NCBI GenBank assembly: GCA_965232515.1 | Contig: CBDDPY010000002.1 | Span: forward strand, 7,040,001 to 7,104,000 | From: Alphaproteobacteria bacterium | GTDB lineage: Bacteria > Pseudomonadota > Alphaproteobacteria > GCA-2731375 | Direction: 5' to 3' | DNA: 64,000 bases | Shown here: piece by piece, positions 18,978 through 27,922 of the stretch | How positions within the stretch are numbered: position 1 is the first letter of the stretch | How the letters are laid out: every line of letters starts with the position of its first letter | Position numbers and translations under genes: made by a program | The notes under the pieces: generated by a model | The model's database searches: none | Seen by the model: the letters and a program-made list of their open reading frames with translations, nothing else | What the model was told of the DNA's origin: nothing

Positions 18978-19217
18978 TGTTGCGATGAGATTGTGCGGGT
19001 GAGTTGCCGTCGTCCGAATTGCGGTGACGGTTTGGTCGCGGTACGTCAGATACGGAGACTCAGCGAGACTCGGATACGTCACATCGACCCCCAACTTCAC
19101 AACCGCAAATGACTCGACAGATCGACCATCGATTGCGGCTACGACCCGAACACAATCTTCGACCGGAATCGGTTCTGAACGCAAGGGTTGAGTCGCGGAC
19201 TGGGCGAAAAAAGTTGC

Positions 19218-20618
19218 TCAGCGCTCGCGAATGGCCTCGTCGCGGTAGCGCAACAGCGGCGTCAGCACGTATTCGATGACCCGGCGCTGGCCGGTCTTGA
19301 TGTCGACCGTCACCGCCATGCCCGGCGTCAGGCGCATGTCGTTGCCGTCGGCGCGGATGGTCTCGCGCGACATGGCGACGCGGATCGGGAACACGAGGCC
19401 CATACCTTCGCGCTCGATCGCGTCGTCGGAAACGTGCAGAACGTCGCCCGAAATGGTGCCGTACTTGGTGAACGGAAACGACTCGACCTTGATCTCGACG
19501 GCCTCGCCCGCGGCGACGAAACCCTTATCCTTGTTGAGCATCATCGCTTCGACCTCGAGCCGCTCGTCGTCCGGCACGATGATCATCAGCTGCTCGTCGG
19601 TGGTGACGACGCTGCCGACGGTATGCACGGCGAGCTGGTGCACCATGCCGTCGACCGGCGCGACGAGCTGGTTGCGCTCGTCGCGGCGCACGGCCTTCTT
19701 CAGCTCCTCGGCCAGCCCCGCGATTTCTTTCCGCAGGTCCTCGCGTTCGGCTACGGCGTTGGCGAGGAATTCGGCCTGGGTCTCGGCCGCCTGCCGGCGC
19801 AACGCCTCGATCGCGGCCTCGGCGGCGCGGTAGCTGCCCTCTGCGCGGGCCAGGTTGGCCTCCTCCTCATGCAACTGCTGCGCGACCTCGAGATAGGCGG
19901 CCCGGCTGCCGAAGCCTTTCTCGGCGAGACGCACGCGCTGATCGACGCGCTCGCGGATCACGGCGACCATCTGGCGTTGGCGGATGCGGGTGTCGTCGGC
20001 GCTGGCGAGCTCGGCGTGGCGCTGGCTGATCTGGCCGTCGATGGCCGCGAGCTCGGCCCGGTGCGCGGCGACGGCGGTCAGGAACAGTTGCCGCTGGCCC
20101 TCGACCAGCACGGGATCGCCGTCGGCCGGCGGCTCGAAGGCGGCGTCGGGCGGGTCGAGTTTGAACCGCGTGACGGTGATCAGCGCGTCGAGCCGGGCAG
20201 CCTCGACGCGCGCGGTCATCAGTTCCTGCGTCAGGCGCTGGCGGTCGGCGGCGGCATCGGTCGGATCCATCTCGAACAGGATGTCGCCGGCGCGCACGTG
20301 GCTGCCGTCGCGCACGTGGATGGCGGCGACGGTGCCGGTCTCCAGCGGCTCGATGACCTTGACTCGGCCAGACGGCACGATCTTGCCCTGGGCGGTAGCG
20401 TGGATGTCGATCTTGCCGAAGGTGGCCCAGGCGAGCGCCGCCGTGAAGAAGGCGATGATCAACCACAGCGTCAGGCGGCCGGCGGGCGAGGCGGGGCTGT
20501 CCATGATCTCGATCGCCGCCGGCAGGAAGGCGCGCTCGGCGGCGTTGCGGTCGGGCTTCTTCGGCTCCGCCTTCTCGGCAGCGATCGACGCCTTCAGTAC
20601 CTGCATCACGCGGCCCAT
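19218..20618 (-). CDS. hlyD: HlyD-family T1SS membrane fusion protein (locus 1)
   Basis: FLPAAIEIMDSPASP, single TM segment, GKIVPSGRVKVIEPLE, coiled coil, VESFPFTKYG, LTPGMAVTVDIKTGQRRVIEYVLTPL. TGATG overlap with hlyB. Confidence 0.95.
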   Translation of the reverse strand: MGRVMQVLKASIAAEKAEPKKPDRNAAERAFLPAAIEIMDSPASPAGRLTLWLIIAFFTAALAWATFGKIDIHATAQGKIVPSGRVKVIEPLETGTVAAIHVRDGSHVRAGDILFEMDPTDAAADRQRLTQELMTARVEAARLDALITVTRFKLDPPDAAFEPPADGDPVLVEGQRQLFLTAVAAHRAELAAIDGQISQRHAELASADDTRIRQRQMVAVIRERVDQRVRLAEKGFGSRAAYLEVAQQLHEEEANLARAEGSYRAAEAAIEALRRQAAETQAEFLANAVAEREDLRKEIAGLAEELKKAVRRDERNQLVAPVDGMVHQLAVHTVGSVVTTDEQLMIIVPDDERLEVEAMMLNKDKGFVAAGEAVEIKVESFPFTKYGTISGDVLHVSDDAIEREGMGLVFPIRVAMSRETIRADGNDMRLTPGMAVTVDIKTGQRRVIEYVLTPLLRYRDEAIRER

Positions 20619-22864
20619 CAGTCGGCGGCTCCGGCATCCGGTTGCCCGCCGACGTCGCCGACCTGGTGGCGGTAGAGCGTCGCGTAGCGGCCGCCCTGGC
20701 GCAGCAGCTCGTCATGCGTACCCATCTCGACGACGCGGCCGGCCTCGATGGTGATGATGCGGTGGCATTGACGCACGGCGGCGAGACGGTGGGCGATGAT
20801 GAAGACGGTGCGGCCCTTCGTGATTTGGCGCATGTTCTGTTGGATGGCGTATTCGGATTCGTAATCCAGCGCCGAGGTCGCCTCGTCGAAGATCAGGATG
20901 CGCGGGTCGGTGACCAGCGCCCGGGCGATGGCGATACGCTGACGCTGGCCGCCGGACAGATTGCTGCCGCGCTCGCCGATGGCGGTGTCGTAGCCCTGCT
21001 CGAGCTCGAGAATGAAGTCGTGCGCGCCGGCGAGCTGGGCGGCGCGGACCACGCGGTCCATGGGCATGCCGGGGTCGGCGAGCGCGATGTTCTCGCGCAC
21101 GGATCTGTTGAACAGCACGTTCTCCTGCAGCACGACGCCGATCTGCCGGCGCAGCCAGGCCGGGTCGACCATGGCCAGGTCAACGCCGTCGATCAGCACG
21201 CGGCCGCTTTCCGGCACGTAGAGGCGCTGCAGCAGCTTGGTCAGCGTGCTCTTGCCCGAGCCCGAGGGGCCGACGATGCCGACGACCTCGCCGGGCGAGA
21301 AGTCGAGCGTGATGTCCTTCAGGATCTCCGGCCCGCCCGGACGGTAGCGGAAGGTGATGTGGTCGAAGGCGATGCGGCCGCGGATCTGCGGCAGGGCGCT
21401 GCGGGCGCCGCCGCCCTCGAGTTCGGTGGGCGCGTTCAGGATGTCGCCGAGGCGGGCAAGCGAGATCCGCACCTGCTGGAATTCCTGCCAGAGCTGGGCC
21501 AGGCGCAGGATCGGCGCGCTGACCCGGCCGGCCAGCATGTTGAAGGCGACGAACTGGCCGACCGTGAGGTCGCCCGACATCACCAGCTTGGCGCCGAACC
21601 AGAGCGTCAGCGCGATGACGACCTTGTTGATGAGCTGGGTGATCTGACCGGCGACGTTGCCGAGGTTGGTGGCCTTGAAGCTGGCGCTCACGTAAGCCGC
21701 GAGCTGGTCTTCCCAGCGGCGCTGCATCTGCGGCTCGACCGCCATGGCCTTGAGCGTCTCGACGCCGGTGACGGCCTCGACCAGGAAGGCCTGGTTCTCG
21801 GCGCCGCGGTTGAACTTCTCCTCCAGGCGATGTCGCAGGATGGGCGTCACGAACACGGCGAGCGCGACATAGAACGGGATCGAGGCCAGCACGATCAGCG
21901 TCAGCGTCGGGCTGAACACCCACATCACGGCGAAGAAGACGAAGGTGAAGAACAGGTCGATGACGAGCGTCAGCGCCGAGCCGGTGAGGAACGAGCGGAT
22001 GGTTTCGAGCTCGCGCACGCGAGCCACTGAATGGCCGGCCTGGCGCGCTTCGAAATAAGCGATCGGCAGCGACACCAGATGCCGGAAGATGCGGGCGCCC
22101 AGCTCAACGTCGACGCGGCTGGTGGTGTGCGCGAAGACGTAGTGGCGCAGCGCGCCGAGCACGACCTCGAACAGCGAGACCGCGATCAGGCCGGCGACCA
22201 GCACGTCGAGCGTGGTCAGGCCGCGGTGCACCAGCACCTTGTCGATCACCACCTGGAAGAACAGCGGCGTGATCAGCGCGAAGAGCTGCAGGAAGAACGA
22301 GGCGACCAGCACCTCGCCGAAGAGGCGCCGGTAGCGCACAATCGAGGGGATGAACCAGGTGAAGTCGAACTTGCGCAAGGCGCCGGCGAGGCTCGCCCGC
22401 GTCGTCAGCAGGATCAGCGCGCCGGTCCAGGTGGCTTGAAATTCTTCGAGGCCGAGCTCGCGCGGGCCCCGGTCGCGCGGGTCCTGGATCAGCACCTTGT
22501 CGTCGGCGGCCTTTGCGAGCACGCAGAAGGCGCCGTCGGCGAGCTCGGCGATCGCCGGCAGCTCGACGCGGCCGAGGCGGTCGACGGACGACTTCACGCG
22601 CTTTGCTTTCAGGCCGACGCGCTTCGCCGCGCGCAGCAGATCGTCGGCGCCGAACAGAGCGCCCTGCAGGCCGAGGTCATGCTGCACCTGGGCCGGCTCC
22701 ACCGCGATGCGGAAGAACCGCGCCATCAGCATCAAACAGGCCAAGCCGGTGTCGACTCGCGGCTCTGCGCCGGCCTTTCCGTCGCCGTCCGTGCTGGTGT
22801 CTACGCCACGCTCAACGGATTCCGTCGGCGCAGCCGGTGTTGGCTGTGTCGTCTCGCCATCCAT
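20618..22864 (-). CDS. hlyB: HlyB-family T1SS ABC transporter with an N-terminal C39-like, probably non-catalytic, domain
   Basis: DTGLACL at the C39 catalytic position (Thr, not Cys); KFDFTWFIP; Walker A GPSGSGKST; signature LSGGQRQR; Walker B ILIFDEATSALD. Confidence 0.96.
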   Translation of the reverse strand: MDGETTQPTPAAPTESVERGVDTSTDGDGKAGAEPRVDTGLACLMLMARFFRIAVEPAQVQHDLGLQGALFGADDLLRAAKRVGLKAKRVKSSVDRLGRVELPAIAELADGAFCVLAKAADDKVLIQDPRDRGPRELGLEEFQATWTGALILLTTRASLAGALRKFDFTWFIPSIVRYRRLFGEVLVASFFLQLFALITPLFFQVVIDKVLVHRGLTTLDVLVAGLIAVSLFEVVLGALRHYVFAHTTSRVDVELGARIFRHLVSLPIAYFEARQAGHSVARVRELETIRSFLTGSALTLVIDLFFTFVFFAVMWVFSPTLTLIVLASIPFYVALAVFVTPILRHRLEEKFNRGAENQAFLVEAVTGVETLKAMAVEPQMQRRWEDQLAAYVSASFKATNLGNVAGQITQLINKVVIALTLWFGAKLVMSGDLTVGQFVAFNMLAGRVSAPILRLAQLWQEFQQVRISLARLGDILNAPTELEGGGARSALPQIRGRIAFDHITFRYRPGGPEILKDITLDFSPGEVVGIVGPSGSGKSTLTKLLQRLYVPESGRVLIDGVDLAMVDPAWLRRQIGVVLQENVLFNRSVRENIALADPGMPMDRVVRAAQLAGAHDFILELEQGYDTAIGERGSNLSGGQRQRIAIARALVTDPRILIFDEATSALDYESEYAIQQNMRQITKGRTVFIIAHRLAAVRQCHRIITIEAGRVVEMGTHDELLRQGGRYATLYRHQVGDVGGQPDAGAAD

Positions 22865-23114
22865 CTCTTCACAGAGCTGCCGGCGGACGAACGGCGTCTT
22901 ACCCGCGCCGTTTGACCCCCACCTAAGCGGCCCCCCACAACTCGACCACTACGGTAGATGGAATTCGGCGGCGGATAAAGTTATCAATTGCACCGGCGCC
23001 GATCTGCGACATCGCGCCGCGCAAGCCAGCATGCATCAGCAAATGTTGTTGGGTGTGTGCGTGTCGAGGGGCGACGAAGCCCTTGCTAAGACTGTGATTG
23101 AGAGGGGGGATGTG

Positions 23115-24662
23115 GTGACGCAAGCGGGCAATCGTCAGCAACGCCGTCGCGCCCGGCGCAGCGCCGGCGCGCCGCCGGCCAAAGCGCAACGGTTGAGCGC
23201 CGAGGCCGCGGCGATGCTGGCGGCCGGCGACCTTGAGGGCGCGGTCGCCGCCTTCGAGGCGGCGCTCCGGCTGGCGCCGGAGAACGCCGACCTTCTGAGC
23301 AATCTAGGTTTGGCCCTGAAGCAGGCTGACCGTGACGACGAGGCGATCGCCGTGCTGCGGCGCGCGTTGACGCGTTCGCCGCACCATGTTCCGGCGCTTA
23401 AGGGCCTGCACAACCTGCTGCAGGGGCGCGAGGACGACGACGGCCTGCTGCCGGTGCTGCGGGCGCTGGTCGCCGCCGCGCCGGACGAGACGATCCATCA
23501 CGCCAACCTGGCGAACGTGCTGTTGAAGCTGGACCGGCGTGATGAATCCGAAGCCGCGTTCCGTGCCGTGCTCGACCGTAATGCCGACGATCTGAATGCG
23601 CTGGTCAATCTCGCCAGCCTGCGGCAGGCCGCCGGCGCGGCGGCGGAAGCGGAGACCTTGCTGCGCCGTGCCTTGACGCTATCGCCTGACGATCCGGCCG
23701 CGAACTACAATCTCTCGCGCTTGCGTCTTCTCGCCGGCGATTTTGACGAGGGCTGGCGGCGACACGAGTACCGCTGGCAGTGCGAGGACTTTCAAGGCTG
23801 GCTGCGGCCGTTCCGGGTTCCGCGCTGGGACGGCTCGGTGTTCGCGGGTCGGACCTTGCTGGTGCACGCCGAGCAGGGCATCGGCGATACACTGCAGTTC
23901 CTACGCTATCTGCCGCTGGCGAAGGCGCGGGGCGGCCGTGTGCTGCTGGAGGTGCAGCGTGGCCTCGGTCGGTTGCTGGCGGGTTTCAGTGGTGCCGATC
24001 AGATCGTGGAGCGCGCGCCGCTCTGGCCGGCCGACGACAAGCTGCCGCCCTATGATCTGCATTGCCCGTTGATGAGCCTACCGTTCGTGCTGGGTCTCGA
24101 GCGTCGCGAGCTCACCGGACCCGGCCCGTATCTCCACGCCGATGGACATCGCGTGAACGCCTGGGCCGAGCATCTGGCGGCCCACCCTCGGCCCCGCGTC
24201 GGCCTGGTCTGGGCCGGCAATCCCCGCAACCGCATCGATGCGCAACGCTCGTTCGGATTTGACGCGCTGTCCGAGGTGCTCGCCGCAGCGGGACCAAGCT
24301 GGTTCAGCCTGCAGGTGCCAACTCAATCGGATCGCGCCGCGTCTCTGGCGGCGGCGGGCGTGAGCGATCTCGGAGCCGAACTCACCGACTTCGCCGAAAC
24401 CGCGGCCGTGCTCGCCAACCTCGATCTATTGATCTCTGCCGACAGCGCACCTGCCCACCTCGCCGGCGCGCTCGGCTATCCTGTTTGGGTGCCGACCTAC
24501 GAGCCGCCGGAATGGCGCTGGCTGACACAGGGAACCGCCACGCACTGGTATCCGACCATGCGCCTCTTCCGGCAACCAGCGCCGGGCCAGTGGACGCCCG
24601 TCTTCACTGCCATCGCCGCTGCACTCACCCAAGCCGTCGCTGCTAGCCGTAAGGCTGGGTGA
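23115..24662 (+). CDS. TPR-repeat protein with a C-terminal GT-B (GT9-like) glycosyltransferase domain
   Basis: Several TPRs (LLSNLGLAL, HHANLANVL, ALVNLASL, ANYNLSRL), then LLVHAEQGIGDTLQFLRY, RVGLVWAGNP and DFAETAAVLANLDLLISADSAPAHLAGALG. Start moved to the GTG after GAGGGGGG. Confidence 0.9.
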   Translation: MTQAGNRQQRRRARRSAGAPPAKAQRLSAEAAAMLAAGDLEGAVAAFEAALRLAPENADLLSNLGLALKQADRDDEAIAVLRRALTRSPHHVPALKGLHNLLQGREDDDGLLPVLRALVAAAPDETIHHANLANVLLKLDRRDESEAAFRAVLDRNADDLNALVNLASLRQAAGAAAEAETLLRRALTLSPDDPAANYNLSRLRLLAGDFDEGWRRHEYRWQCEDFQGWLRPFRVPRWDGSVFAGRTLLVHAEQGIGDTLQFLRYLPLAKARGGRVLLEVQRGLGRLLAGFSGADQIVERAPLWPADDKLPPYDLHCPLMSLPFVLGLERRELTGPGPYLHADGHRVNAWAEHLAAHPRPRVGLVWAGNPRNRIDAQRSFGFDALSEVLAAAGPSWFSLQVPTQSDRAASLAAAGVSDLGAELTDFAETAAVLANLDLLISADSAPAHLAGALGYPVWVPTYEPPEWRWLTQGTATHWYPTMRLFRQPAPGQWTPVFTAIAAALTQAVAASRKAG

Positions 24663-24841
24663 GCTGCCATCGCGACACACGAGAACACGATGCGGGGCAA
24701 ACACCTGAAAGGGGATTGCAGGTCATTTTTGTCGAGAACACTGACCGACGGCGGCAGTATTGATTCGGCGTCCTTCGTCACGGCCAAGCTATTTTCTCAA
24801 AGGCCCTAAGCTCTCCATGCCCAGCAAAGATGGCGGCTGAC

Positions 24842-24931
24842 GAAAAATGTCTTTCATTTCGCGACCACGCGTGTGGTCTTGGCCATCGGTCGTCAAGATC
24901 TCAGGTCTCAGAGATTTTGACCCCCCTCCCT
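24842..24931 (-). other. cos-like phage packaging site (putative)
   Basis: Minus strand reads GGGAGGGGGGTCAAAATCTCTGAG...GACGACCG...CGCGAAATGAAAGACATTTTT, resembling from memory the sequence between HNH and terS in HK97/P27-type cos phages. It lies downstream of the primase. Confidence 0.45.
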
Positions 24932-25386
24932 CAATTTGGCGGGAATTCGAGTGTCGCTGGAGCCCGGTCTACATTTGACGAGGCTGTAGAGATCAGATAC
25001 CCCCTACCCACTGAATATGACGCCTCCTCCTCCTTGTACTGGTTAATGGACGGTAAGAACCATCAAATCCACCACCTTCCACGAACCCGGAAGAATCGCG
25101 CACGCGTTGCGCTCGACGACCGTTATCGATCGCTCGCCGAGGAAGGACCCGTACGTTTGATCGAGTCGTGGCGCGGCGTCGATGCGTTGACCTCCTCGAT
25201 TTTCCCGACGGCATGCAGCGGAGTCGTTTCAGCGGCGCCCATAGGATTCCGCGCTGCTCGGTTTGGATCGGGCTCGATTTGAACCTGCCGACCAAGATGA
25301 TTTCGAATGGCGTCGTACGAAGTCTTCCCGCCATAACAACATCTCAGTGCGACCGTGTTAGCGGCGCCGTTGAGTTGGCCCCATCA

Positions 25387-25488
25387 ATGACGGAATGACG
25401 CACAGTGACGCACCTTCGGTGAACGCCGATAACGAGATCACTCCTCAGCAACTCCTGAATTTGTCCGTCATGTCGGTCATTGCGTCAT
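25387..25488. repeat. Convergent RTGACG(G/C) heptamers; candidate replication origin of the element
   Basis: ATGACGG, ATGACGC and GTGACGC (25387-25411) face CCGTCAT, CGGTCAT and GCGTCAT (25465-25488) at the primase stop codon. Confidence 0.5.
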
Positions 25489-27483
25489 TGGTTCGGCTGA
25501 TCCTGATCGCACCCAGAAGCGGTGCGTCGCCGTTCGGGGGCCGGGTTTCCAGCCCAGCCGTGTGAGTATTCTCGTGACCCGGTTCTGGCCCGTTCGATCT
25601 TGACGCGGCGTATCAATGCCAAGCGAGCTCATGACTTGACCTACGGTTACGGACGACCTGTCTGACAAAAATCGTTCGATCGGTTCTTCCCAAACATCGG
25701 CATCGTAGCGACTCTGTTGTTTCCCTAGCGTTGCGGCCAAGATCCCGTCGTCTGTGATGTGCCAGGCATGGCCTTCGCGGTAGAGGTGCACTGCTTCCGT
25801 CCAAAGCTGCTCTCCGTCTGTCCGCAAAGACGCCAGATCAACTTCATGGATTTGAACCGGCCAATATCGCCGTCCGCCAGTCTCGTCCTTGAGGTAGCTT
25901 GATTTATTCGTCGTGCCGACAAAGACACATTGGCGTGGATACTCCTGCTCACGGCGACCGTAAGCTGGCCTGAACCGATCGACATCTCTGCTCAAAAACG
26001 CCTTGGCGGCGGTTGCATCGGCCTTGCTCATTGCGTCCAGCTCGGACAGCTCGACGATCCATTTTCCGCGCAGATGGTCGGAAGCGTCTTTGGTACCGAT
26101 CTCGGGCAGGGCATCGCTGAAGTGATCGTCGCCGCAAAGTATCCGACAGGCCGTCGATTTGCCGATGCCTTGCCGGCCTTCGAAGATGAGGATGTGGTCA
26201 GCCTTACACCCGGGATCGAATACCCCCGCTACAGCCGATATCAGCCACATCGTTCCGACAGCGCGCACGTAGTCGCTTTCGTCCGCGCCGAGATAGCGGA
26301 CAAGCCACGGTCGAAGGATTTCACCGTCAACGGTTGTGCCGCCGCGGACCCGCGGGACACCGTCCCATTCGAGTCTCCGCAACCAGTCACGGACGGGATG
26401 ATATGGCAGCTCACTGGCCCGCGACGTGATCGCGTTTGTCACCGCATTAATCGCGACGGTCTCCAAACCGGCGAGCTGCAGCCATTCCTGGGATGCCACA
26501 TCGTCGACATCGCTCCAGTGCTGCGGTTTGGTGCGCTCGGATGGCGCATTCTTCGAATGCGAGGGAACCGGTCGCAACCGCATGACCTGGTTACGCATCT
26601 CGTCAAAGCCGATCACGCCTCGCCATGCCGGATCACAGCGCACCGCCAGCATCACGTTGGCGTGGTTCGATCTGATCTGGCCGCGGACACCTGTCTGGCA
26701 CCTGTCACGCCAGTTCTGATCGATCGTGCCGTCAAACGTATCAACGGCGTTGGTGAGGGCGTGCAGCTGCTCTGCGGTTCCACCGATTTCGATCCAATCG
26801 AACGGATCTCCCTTCGGCGGCAGGTCTGGAAGTTGCAGTAAGCGGACGCTTGCCGCAACCGGCTGCAGCCATTCCGCGACTGACATTCCATGTCTTTGAC
26901 CGGCTTGACCGTTGTCGGGGAGGATGACGACATCACGATCCACAAAGTAGGCCGCATACTCTTCGCGCCATTTCATGGCACCGCCCGGACTGCAGGTCGC
27001 TGTCAGGCCAAGCGATCGCAAGGCCTCGACTGCCTTTTCGCCCTCGACGATGAAGACATATCTTTCCTTGGAGGAAACAAGCTCGGGCAGACGATACGGG
27101 ACCTGCTTAGTGCGGCCGAGTTTCCAGATCCAGCCGCCGCGGCCGTCAGGCCGTCGTTGTCTGAATGACTTGGGCCGCAGCCGGACGACCTGAAAGAGCA
27201 ACGTTCCGTCGGCGTCAACGTAGTCATACGTGGCTTCGATGACCCCCCGAGAATGGTTATTGGTTTGCCGCTCCTTTCGCTTCAGTAAGCCCAGCTTGTG
27301 CAGGGCCTCGTAGACGTCTTCCTGACTACAGCCGGCATGGCAGTGCCAAAGGACTTCACCGTTGTCGGCGTTCCGAAGTGTCAGGCTCGGCTTCTTGTCG
27401 TCGTGGGCAGGGCAGCGGCAGATCCATTCACTGCCACTTCGACTTGCAAGACCGAGTTGCCTGGCGATTTTCCCGGCGTCCAT
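25477..27483 (-). CDS. Primase-helicase: Zn-binding domain, TOPRIM and VirE/VapE-type P-loop ATPase
   Basis: CPAHDDKKPSL...HCHAGC; VFIVEGEK and VVILPDN (TOPRIM); YHPVRDWL, EGRQGIGKST, WIVELSEL, GTTN, DETGGRRYWP (VirE). Confidence 0.92.
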   Translation of the reverse strand: MDAGKIARQLGLASRSGSEWICRCPAHDDKKPSLTLRNADNGEVLWHCHAGCSQEDVYEALHKLGLLKRKERQTNNHSRGVIEATYDYVDADGTLLFQVVRLRPKSFRQRRPDGRGGWIWKLGRTKQVPYRLPELVSSKERYVFIVEGEKAVEALRSLGLTATCSPGGAMKWREEYAAYFVDRDVVILPDNGQAGQRHGMSVAEWLQPVAASVRLLQLPDLPPKGDPFDWIEIGGTAEQLHALTNAVDTFDGTIDQNWRDRCQTGVRGQIRSNHANVMLAVRCDPAWRGVIGFDEMRNQVMRLRPVPSHSKNAPSERTKPQHWSDVDDVASQEWLQLAGLETVAINAVTNAITSRASELPYHPVRDWLRRLEWDGVPRVRGGTTVDGEILRPWLVRYLGADESDYVRAVGTMWLISAVAGVFDPGCKADHILIFEGRQGIGKSTACRILCGDDHFSDALPEIGTKDASDHLRGKWIVELSELDAMSKADATAAKAFLSRDVDRFRPAYGRREQEYPRQCVFVGTTNKSSYLKDETGGRRYWPVQIHEVDLASLRTDGEQLWTEAVHLYREGHAWHITDDGILAATLGKQQSRYDADVWEEPIERFLSDRSSVTVGQVMSSLGIDTPRQDRTGQNRVTRILTRLGWKPGPRTATHRFWVRSGSAEPMTQ

Positions 27484-27495
27484 CGAAGCCGCTCG

Positions 27496-27888
27496 CTATC
27501 GGCGCCGACGATGGGCCGATGTTTGTTGTTGGGCTTGCGCCGCCAAGTGCTCCTTGAGCGTGGGGATGTGAAACAGCAGAGTGCGCCCGAGCCGGATTGG
27601 CTTCGGCAACCCGCGCAGGCGGACCCAGCGTTCGATAGTCCGCTGAGACACGCCGAATAGCTGGGCGATCTGTTCCTTGCGTGCATACTCAGACAGGATC
27701 GCATCGTTAGCTGGCGTCGAAGACGGATCAACGTGCTCTGGCTTTTGAATGCAGTTGCCCGAATCTACATTGGCGTCTGTGACCGGATGGTCCTTGGGCA
27801 GCCGGCGAGGGGACATAACGGCGAACTCCTGTCGCTGAGTGACGTGTCCCTCCGGTTTCGTCGCGATGGCAGGCCCAATAAAGAACAA
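27496..27888 (-). CDS. AlpA/excisionase-like HTH protein (true start probably further downstream)
   Basis: EQIAQLFGVSQRTIERWVRLRGLPKPIRLGRTLLF, located just upstream of the primase. Confidence 0.8.
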   Translation of the reverse strand: MFFIGPAIATKPEGHVTQRQEFAVMSPRRLPKDHPVTDANVDSGNCIQKPEHVDPSSTPANDAILSEYARKEQIAQLFGVSQRTIERWVRLRGLPKPIRLGRTLLFHIPTLKEHLAAQAQQQTSAHRRRR

Positions 27889-27922
27889 TATTCCTCAATA
27901 TGTTTTGTGGTTTTGAGGCTCG

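Noticed and set aside
18285-19184. 299-aa minus-strand ORF between hlyD and hlyC
   Set aside because: Runs through REP-like palindromes and has no recognisable motifs; probably spurious.
22497-23114. N-terminal extension of the 721-aa TPR-glycosyltransferase ORF
   Set aside because: Overlaps hlyB on the opposite strand; a good RBS and the TPR sequence begin near 23115.
24426-25398. Short ORFs near the cos-like site as possible terminase small subunit or HNH genes
   Set aside because: No recognisable motifs; cannot be supported without a search.
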